A DNA stretch of 64,000 bases from positions 124,001 to 188,000 of IMG/VR virus record IMGVR_UViG_3300042519_004024, one strand, 5' to 3'. Both the position numbers and the translations under genes were made by a program. A model generated the notes under the pieces. It did no database searches and was not told the DNA's origin. It worked only from the letters and a program-made list of their open reading frames with translations. How positions within the stretch are numbered: the first letter of the stretch is position 1; the number at the start of each line of letters is the position of its first letter. Of this stretch, positions 58,125-64,000 are shown in pieces.

Positions 58125-58640
58125 TTATATTCCTTTAAATTCGTTATCATTAACAGGAGCTCCTATTATTGAACGATAAAATGGTTTGTAACCACCATAA
58201 GTATGTTTATTATCTGATAGTACACGACCATCATTTACTACTGAATAATATCTAACCCTCGTTTCCGTTTCGTAATACCCTATGTAATCACCATAGTTAA
58301 TATCAACACCTAAATTATCCAATTCTTTTTGGTAAACACCAACCTTAACATTACCAGGCTCTGTTTGTGATAATTTTGATGATCCGTAATCCGCATTTGT
58401 AGGAGCCTCTACCTGAACATATCCTTTAAATTCTACCGGAGGTAAGAATTGTATTGCATTCTCTAACGCTTCCCCATAAACATCGTCATTATTTGTTCGT
58501 TGTCTATCAACTCTGTATAAAACTAAAGTAAAATTCATATCTCCACCAAGCCATTCCTCACCCATAGAAATGTCTAAGTCAAAATCTTCTTCAGAGAAGA
58601 ATTTGTTTAATCTAGTAATTGGAACTTTATTTTGTGTCAT
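58125..58640 (-). CDS. Neck/head-closure protein (T4 gp14-like)
   Basis: FTLVLYRVD....DDVYGEA....FLPPVE, GDYIGY...RYY.V; typical position. Confidence 0.55.
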   Translation of the reverse strand: MTQNKVPITRLNKFFSEEDFDLDISMGEEWLGGDMNFTLVLYRVDRQRTNNDDVYGEALENAIQFLPPVEFKGYVQVEAPTNADYGSSKLSQTEPGNVKVGVYQKELDNLGVDINYGDYIGYYETETRVRYYSVVNDGRVLSDNKHTYGGYKPFYRSIIGAPVNDNEFKGI

Positions 58641-58644
58641 ATAA

Positions 58645-58652
58645 TATAAATA
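58645..58652 (-). promoter_or_regulatory. TATTTATA putative late-promoter motif
   Basis: 4 nt upstream of the ATG at 58640. Confidence 0.5.
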
Positions 58653-58686
58653 CTTTGATTGATTTTTTATTAATATTTACTATTTT

Positions 58687-58694
58687 TATTTATA
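58687..58694 (+). promoter_or_regulatory. TATTTATA motif on the plus strand
   Basis: 5 nt upstream of the probable ATG at 58700. Confidence 0.45.
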
Positions 58695-58699
58695 ATATA

Positions 58700-60463
58700 A
58701 TGGAAGAATTAATTTCAAAAACTCCCGAAACAAGGGCTCTTCAACTATTAGACGAATATGAAGGGTCAAATAACTATATCCTGTCGTTAAAACACAAAAA
58801 ACAAAATAGTAAATCATTTACTCCCACAAGATCACAAGCAGAATACATAATCAACTTTCATGGAAGAACCCCAAAAGTGGCAAAAAAATGGGTAAAGCTG
58901 GATGCTTACTTTGGAAAAAAGATGATGGAAGATAAAATGTACACAAAAGAACCATCAGAAATTTACGTTGAGAAGTTGTTGGTTGAAAAAGATAAATCAT
59001 ATCATATTTGGGGTAAAATATTTTCAGGTGATACTATACACGATTTCTGGGTTCCTAAATCTGCCCTTATTAAAGATAACGAAGTAAAAAATGTCGTTAT
59101 TGAATACTCAAAGTATGATCATAGATCACCTATGGAACACCAAAAAGAGGCTATCGAAAAACTTGTAAGAAACAAAAAGTTTATTTTGGCTGATGATATG
59201 GGACTTGGAAAAACTACATCAACAATTATTTCTGCATTAGAGACGGGAGCAAAAAAAATATTAATTGTTTGTCCAGCATCTTTAAAAATAAATTGGCAAC
59301 GTGAAATTGAAAATTATTCAGACAGAACCATTTATATTGCAGAAGGTAAAAAATTTTCAAGTGAACACGATTTTGTAATAATTAATTATGATATTTTAAA
59401 AAACTTTCACGACCCAAAAAAGAAAGACGAATCCATCATTTTAAATTCTAAATTTGATTTAGTTATTATGGATGAAGCCCATATGATATCAAACCCACAA
59501 GCACAAAGAACAAAAATAGTTAATGACTTATGTGATAAGGTTGAAAGGGTTTGGTTACTAACAGGAACTCCGATGACATCAAGACCAATGAATTATTATA
59601 ATCTTTTAAGTTTAGTTGAAAGCCCCGTTGCGGCAAATTGGATGGCTTACGCAAGAAGGTACTGTAACGGATTTCAATTTAGTGTAGGTAAAAGAAAAGT
59701 ATGGAACGTAACAGGGGCATCTAACTTAGATGAGTTGAGAGAACGAACACAATCTCACATTTTAAGAAGATTAAAAGAAGATGTTTTAGATTTACCTGAT
59801 AAAATTATCACACCTGTTTATTTGAGACTAAAGTCTAAGGACTACGAAGAACTTATGGGTGAGTATTTTAATTGGTATGATAATAACTCAGAAGAGTCTT
59901 CATCTTTAACTATTCAGTTTGGTAAATTAATGAAAGTTAGAAAAGTAATTGCTGAAGAAAAAGTAAAAAATACAATTGAATTGGCTGAAAATATTATTGA
60001 ACAAGGAAAAAAAGTTATCATATTTACAAATTTTACTGACACCTTAAGAACCATTTATGAACATTTTGGAAAACAGGCGGTATATTTAGACGGTAGTTGT
60101 TCAAAACCTCATAGACAAAAAGCAGTGGACGATTTTCAAGAAAACGATAAAATAAAAGTTTTTGTTGGTAATTTAAAGGCTGCGGGTGTGGGTATTACTT
60201 TAACATCTGCAGAAGCAGTAATCATGAATGATTTATCATTTGTTCCTGCAGAACATGCACAAGCAGAGGATCGATCACACAGAATCGGACAGAAAAAATC
60301 AACGTCAGTTTATTATCCATTATTTGAAAACACAATAGAAGGTGCAATTTATGATATTTTAAATAGAAAGAAAAAAATCATATCAACAGTAATGGGAGAT
60401 GATATGATGGACGACGCATCTTCAATTGAAGAAATGTTAAATATGATTTCTAATAAGAGGTGA
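58700..60463 (+). CDS. SNF2/SWI2-family helicase (SMARCAL1/HARP-like); likely start 58700
   Basis: ILADDMGLGKT, VCPASLKINW, IMDEAH, LTGTP, AAGVGITLT, QAEDRSHRIGQ. Confidence 0.9.
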   Translation: MEELISKTPETRALQLLDEYEGSNNYILSLKHKKQNSKSFTPTRSQAEYIINFHGRTPKVAKKWVKLDAYFGKKMMEDKMYTKEPSEIYVEKLLVEKDKSYHIWGKIFSGDTIHDFWVPKSALIKDNEVKNVVIEYSKYDHRSPMEHQKEAIEKLVRNKKFILADDMGLGKTTSTIISALETGAKKILIVCPASLKINWQREIENYSDRTIYIAEGKKFSSEHDFVIINYDILKNFHDPKKKDESIILNSKFDLVIMDEAHMISNPQAQRTKIVNDLCDKVERVWLLTGTPMTSRPMNYYNLLSLVESPVAANWMAYARRYCNGFQFSVGKRKVWNVTGASNLDELRERTQSHILRRLKEDVLDLPDKIITPVYLRLKSKDYEELMGEYFNWYDNNSEESSSLTIQFGKLMKVRKVIAEEKVKNTIELAENIIEQGKKVIIFTNFTDTLRTIYEHFGKQAVYLDGSCSKPHRQKAVDDFQENDKIKVFVGNLKAAGVGITLTSAEAVIMNDLSFVPAEHAQAEDRSHRIGQKKSTSVYYPLFENTIEGAIYDILNRKKKIISTVMGDDMMDDASSIEEMLNMISNKR

Positions 60464-60471
60464 TATTTATA
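60464..60471 (+). promoter_or_regulatory. TATTTATA motif on the plus strand
   Basis: 3 nt upstream of the ATG at 60475. Confidence 0.5.
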
Positions 60472-60474
60472 GTT

Positions 60475-61194
60475 ATGATATTTAAAAACTTTAATCAAAA
60501 AATAACCCTTTTAGAAACAAAATTAAAAACACATTCGTTTTCAAATGAATTGTTAATTACTGAAATTAAAAAAATTTCAATAGAAAAATTACCTTATGAG
60601 TTTGATGATTTAGATATGTTTATTGACGGTGAAACTATGAGAACTCACTATAATAAACATTACAAAGGTTACGTTGAAAAATTAAATTCTGAATTAGAAA
60701 AAATAAAAGGTAAAGATTTAGATTTAGAAGAGATTGTAAGTAGTATCACAAAATTTAACACGAAAGTTAGAAATAACGGTGGTGGAGCATTTAACCACGC
60801 ACTATTTTGGAAAATGTTAACACCTAAAAAAACAAAATTAGAAAATCCTTTATTATATAAAATAGAATCAACATTTGGTTCATTTGAAAAATTTAAACAA
60901 AAATTTGAAGAGGAAGCAAAATCAAGATTCGGTTCTGGTTGGGTTTGGTTAGTAATTACTAAAGCAAATAGATTAAAAATTATAACCACCGCAAATCAAG
61001 ATAATCCATTAATGTTAAAAGGTAGTAATAAAGCGTACCCACTATTAGGATTGGATTTATGGGAACATGCATATTATTTAAAATATAAAAACGAAAGAGA
61101 TAGATACATCCATAATTTTTGGAAAGTAGTTAATTGGGATTTTGTTTCCGATTTATATTCAACACAAGTAAAATTAAATAAAGTTAATCAGTAA
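60475..61194 (+). CDS. sodA: Mn/Fe superoxide dismutase (Mn-type signature) with N-terminal extension
   Basis: KLPY...TMRTHYNKH..Y, RNNGGGAFNHALFW, FGSGWVWL, TANQDNP, LDLWEHAYY; all four metal ligands present. Confidence 0.92.
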   Translation: MIFKNFNQKITLLETKLKTHSFSNELLITEIKKISIEKLPYEFDDLDMFIDGETMRTHYNKHYKGYVEKLNSELEKIKGKDLDLEEIVSSITKFNTKVRNNGGGAFNHALFWKMLTPKKTKLENPLLYKIESTFGSFEKFKQKFEEEAKSRFGSGWVWLVITKANRLKIITTANQDNPLMLKGSNKAYPLLGLDLWEHAYYLKYKNERDRYIHNFWKVVNWDFVSDLYSTQVKLNKVNQ

Positions 61195-61196
61195 GA

Positions 61197-61204
61197 TATT
61201 TATA
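61197..61204 (+). promoter_or_regulatory. TATTTATA motif on the plus strand
   Basis: 13 nt upstream of the ATG at 61218. Confidence 0.55.
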
Positions 61205-61217
61205 TAAAAAATATCAT

Positions 61218-62339
61218 ATGTCAACTACTGTTATTATCACAGAACCAGAAAGAAGTAAAATGTACAAAAGAATTAGAAATCTTTTGGGCGCACCTTTACG
61301 TGGTGTAGAATTGGAGGATGAAATGATGGATTCATTATTAGAACTCTCAATAGAAGACTACGAACAAGCGGTTCAAGATTGGTTAATTGAGTCACAATGG
61401 GCTTCAGTTGCCGGATTAAATGTTGAAGAACAATCTATTGCTAGAGCACTCACAACAAGAGATATGAATTGGGAGACTCAGTATACTTACGCTTACTCAA
61501 AAATTGTTGGGTTACAAGCTGGTGGTGATTGGGTTTTAAAAAAAGATTATATCGACTTAGTACCTAATCAACAAATCTACGAAATACCAAAATGTAGAGA
61601 AATGAATGAACTACTTTGGTTTGCGAGATCAGAATTAGATGCTGCGTATTTCGATCCTTTTATGGGTGGATTTGGTGGATTTGGTGGTATTGGTTTAGGT
61701 GGTGGTGCTGGATTTTCACAAATGGGTACTACAGGTAACTATGCTATTACACCGGCGTTTGACATTCTTTTAAGAATGGCTGACATACAATTAAAAAGAA
61801 GAGTGATAACGGGTGATTTAACATATAGAGTTACTGCACTTCCTGATGGTAAAAAGGCGTTACACCTATACAATGTACCTGGCGGTAAGTTTGATTTTGG
61901 TAATTTAAAAAGAAATGAATCAAGAGTTTGGTATTGGTATTACGATACTTGTGATAGGGAGGATTGTTTAGCAAATAATCCAGATGTGATAAGACTACCA
62001 TCTGATGTTACAGTTGAAAGACTTAGATGGGATAAGTTGAACTATCCTGCACAAACATGGGTAAGAAGATGGTTCACGGCATACTGTAAAGAAACATTAG
62101 CGAGAGTTAGAGGTAAATTTAGCGGTAATTTAAAAACCCCCGATTCTGAATTAACTTTAGAATATCAATCTTTACAAACTGAAGCTAAAGACGAAAAAAC
62201 GCAACTTCAAGAAGAACTTAAAACAAGACTTGAAAGATTAAGACCTGAAAAACTTATGGAAGCGAAAGCGATGCAGGCTGAGAATTTAAATAAATTATTA
62301 AAATTCAGAGCGTTTAATAGTCCTTATAATGTAATTTAA
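61218..62339 (+). CDS. Neck/head-tail adaptor protein (T4 gp13-like)
   Basis: RIRNLLGAPLRGVELEDEMMD..LE.SIEDY and WVRRWFTAYCKETLARVRGKFSG.L..P. Confidence 0.8.
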   Translation: MSTTVIITEPERSKMYKRIRNLLGAPLRGVELEDEMMDSLLELSIEDYEQAVQDWLIESQWASVAGLNVEEQSIARALTTRDMNWETQYTYAYSKIVGLQAGGDWVLKKDYIDLVPNQQIYEIPKCREMNELLWFARSELDAAYFDPFMGGFGGFGGIGLGGGAGFSQMGTTGNYAITPAFDILLRMADIQLKRRVITGDLTYRVTALPDGKKALHLYNVPGGKFDFGNLKRNESRVWYWYYDTCDREDCLANNPDVIRLPSDVTVERLRWDKLNYPAQTWVRRWFTAYCKETLARVRGKFSGNLKTPDSELTLEYQSLQTEAKDEKTQLQEELKTRLERLRPEKLMEAKAMQAENLNKLLKFRAFNSPYNVI

Positions 62340-62343
62340 TTTT

Positions 62344-62676
62344 ATGGCAATATTTAGAAGTCAACCATCAAAAAGAATAATAAATGGAAATGAAATAATA
62401 ACTTCAGACTCATCAGTTGTGACTAATCAAAAGTACACAACTGATGGTGAATATGTAATTGTTATTAAAGATGTTGAGTTTTGTGAACTAACATTAGATG
62501 AAAATAAAACCGATCACGTCGTAGTAAAATCTTTAACTCACGTTTTAGTTAAAACAGATAAACTAATCGATGATGAATACAATGAAGTAGAACTAGGTAA
62601 GGGTTCTTGTGTTGAATTTAAATTTATTGGCGGTAGATGGTATATACTATCATCTGATGGTTTAAAAAATTCTTAA
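62344..62676 (+). CDS. Small beta-rich structural protein resembling the fibre C-terminal domain
   Basis: LTL...VVK....LID....L......F..G.WYI pattern, similar to the end of 6958..8979. Confidence 0.45.
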   Translation: MAIFRSQPSKRIINGNEIITSDSSVVTNQKYTTDGEYVIVIKDVEFCELTLDENKTDHVVVKSLTHVLVKTDKLIDDEYNEVELGKGSCVEFKFIGGRWYILSSDGLKNS

Positions 62677-64000
62677 TCAAACACTAAAGATATTAAATCC
62701 CCATCCACATCAAATTCGTAGAATTCGTCTTCATCTACCTTAGATACCTTAGTTACTTTTTCCATTAATACCCTGTTATTGTTAACTCTACTGTCATCTA
62801 CTAAATTGATAGTGTCATCAATATACATATAGTAAGGATCGATACCTACCGATTGCCAAAAATTAATTTCCATATCTGATAGGGTTAATACCTCATCTAA
62901 ATTATCTTGATCCTTCTCTTTCATTGGGTATCCTCTACCTAATTCTGTTTGTGATTTAGTAAATATTGGTTGATCGTTAGGATCCTCAATTAAAATATCT
63001 TTTCTAATGTCAGGACTATAAACAACAAGTAATGGTTCGATTCTTTTATTAAATGCTGCTAATGCTCTTGATACATTATAATCACCTAATAAGTCAGGGT
63101 TATTTTCAATTTCCTTTTCATCAATTAAATAACAATTTAAAATAACTTCACTTTTTGATAACATTTCAGGTGGTACCGCTCCGTGAATTTGGGTATACTC
63201 CTCGATTTGTTTTTTAGTCATTTTTGTGGTTTTTTTCTGAACATCTCCGTGAGATTTTTTTTCACCATTATTAACATAATAAATTGTATCACCTAAACCT
63301 GGAGTTTTGCCAGCATTAATCAAAAGTTCCATATGAGCTTGTCTTGACATTAAACTTCCCGATTTTGTTGTTTTTGTGACGTGAACTTTATAATCCTCTA
63401 TAGATTGTTTAACACGAGCCTTGTTTGCCATCTTAGCCAACGGAATCTCTTTATTATAAATTTTACTAACATATTCGTAGTAGAAATCTAAAAACTCACC
63501 ACCTTTACCGTCAAGTAACATTCTTAACCCTTTATCTAAAAACTCAGCAACATATGTTTGAAGTTTTTTAGATTTAATGGAGTTACCTGTAAGTTTAACT
63601 TTACCTTTATCTGTAAGAAGTGCATAGTTTTTACGAGCCACATTTATTGTTGCCGGCCACACACCGTCAATATCAAGACCCATTTCATTTCTCATGAACA
63701 AATCGTTATACTCAGCAACATCAGCTTCAGCCCCTATATATTCTTTACCCTCTTTAACCAAACCATTAAGTCCTTTACCAATATACTTATAGTTTTCTCT
63801 ATCTTTTGGTGTCTCAAAGTTCACACCATCCGTATCCATCACTAGAGGTACGTAACCTCTTTTCATGAAGTACATAATCATCTGACGAAGATATTGTCTA
63901 CCCGTACAAGTAATCTGTTCACCCATGTCGATATCACCCCAAGGGAAAACGTGAGGGGCAGATAATGAACCAAAGAATGCGTTGATAAAGATTTTAATTG
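62673..64000 (-). CDS. polB: Family B DNA polymerase, C-terminal part (5'-truncated by the window edge)
   Basis: The frame is open to the window end: IKIFINAFFGSL (motif B), MDTDG (motif C), KNYAL. Confidence 0.9.
   Translation of the reverse strand, partial: IKIFINAFFGSLSAPHVFPWGDIDMGEQITCTGRQYLRQMIMYFMKRGYVPLVMDTDGVNFETPKDRENYKYIGKGLNGLVKEGKEYIGAEADVAEYNDLFMRNEMGLDIDGVWPATINVARKNYALLTDKGKVKLTGNSIKSKKLQTYVAEFLDKGLRMLLDGKGGEFLDFYYEYVSKIYNKEIPLAKMANKARVKQSIEDYKVHVTKTTKSGSLMSRQAHMELLINAGKTPGLGDTIYYVNNGEKKSHGDVQKKTTKMTKKQIEEYTQIHGAVPPEMLSKSEVILNCYLIDEKEIENNPDLLGDYNVSRALAAFNKRIEPLLVVYSPDIRKDILIEDPNDQPIFTKSQTELGRGYPMKEKDQDNLDEVLTLSDMEINFWQSVGIDPYYMYIDDTINLVDDSRVNNNRVLMEKVTKVSKVDEDEFYEFDVDGDLISLVFD

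Noticed and set aside
2495-63845. The many other short ORFs nested in or antisense to long genes (e.g. 5113..5415, 21758..22123, 44342..44848, 53436..53789, 56461..56730, 63558..63845)
   Set aside because: They lie within well-supported genes and read as codon-bias shadows; no independent start signals.
1-64000. Stop-codon reassignment as in some large Bacteroidota phages
   Set aside because: The standard code gives long, densely packed ORFs of up to about 2300 aa with no fragmentation.
1-64000. tRNA, rRNA, integrase or transposase genes
   Set aside because: None recognised; intergenic gaps are mostly too short to hold them.

Overview
A 64-kb AT-rich segment of a large T4-like (contractile-tailed, probably jumbo) phage. 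The host is most likely a Bacteroidota bacterium: there are SprB-type repeats, GIGT fibre motifs, a DUF5522-like gene, a Bacteroidota-style OmpA-like domain, and A-rich start contexts without Shine-Dalgarno sites. Almost all genes from 1 to 58640 are on the minus strand. In coordinate order they are: an accessory fibre/adhesin cluster with an embedded GT60-like GlcNAc transferase (1-12 kb); baseplate genes (12-27 kb); a replication block of NrdJ, DnaB, 5'-3' exonuclease, RecA/UvsX and gp32-like SSB (27-34 kb); giant baseplate/hub proteins, tape measure, gp26/gp51-like chaperones, tail tube, sheath, terminator and neck (35-58.6 kb). A short plus-strand block follows (SNF2 helicase, Mn-type SOD, gp13-like neck protein), then the 3' part of a family B DNA polymerase on the minus strand. 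The most interesting signals: (1) a candidate phage-encoded mucin-type O-glycosylation system, i.e. a GT60-like enzyme directly upstream of a Cys-rich protein with (Pro-Thr)n linkers, with similar linkers inserted in baseplate proteins; (2) a likely +1 programmed frameshift (UUU UUU CGU C) at the tail-chaperone position; (3) a strand-consistent TATTTATA motif before at least 13 genes; (4) a duplicated adaptor+fibre cassette with swapped distal domains; (5) mobile Cys-rich modules grafted into core tail proteins; (6) ORFs missed by the track (a fibre, an RHH regulator, 26-aa and 45-aa peptides). All assignments come from motif recognition by eye; no database search was run.
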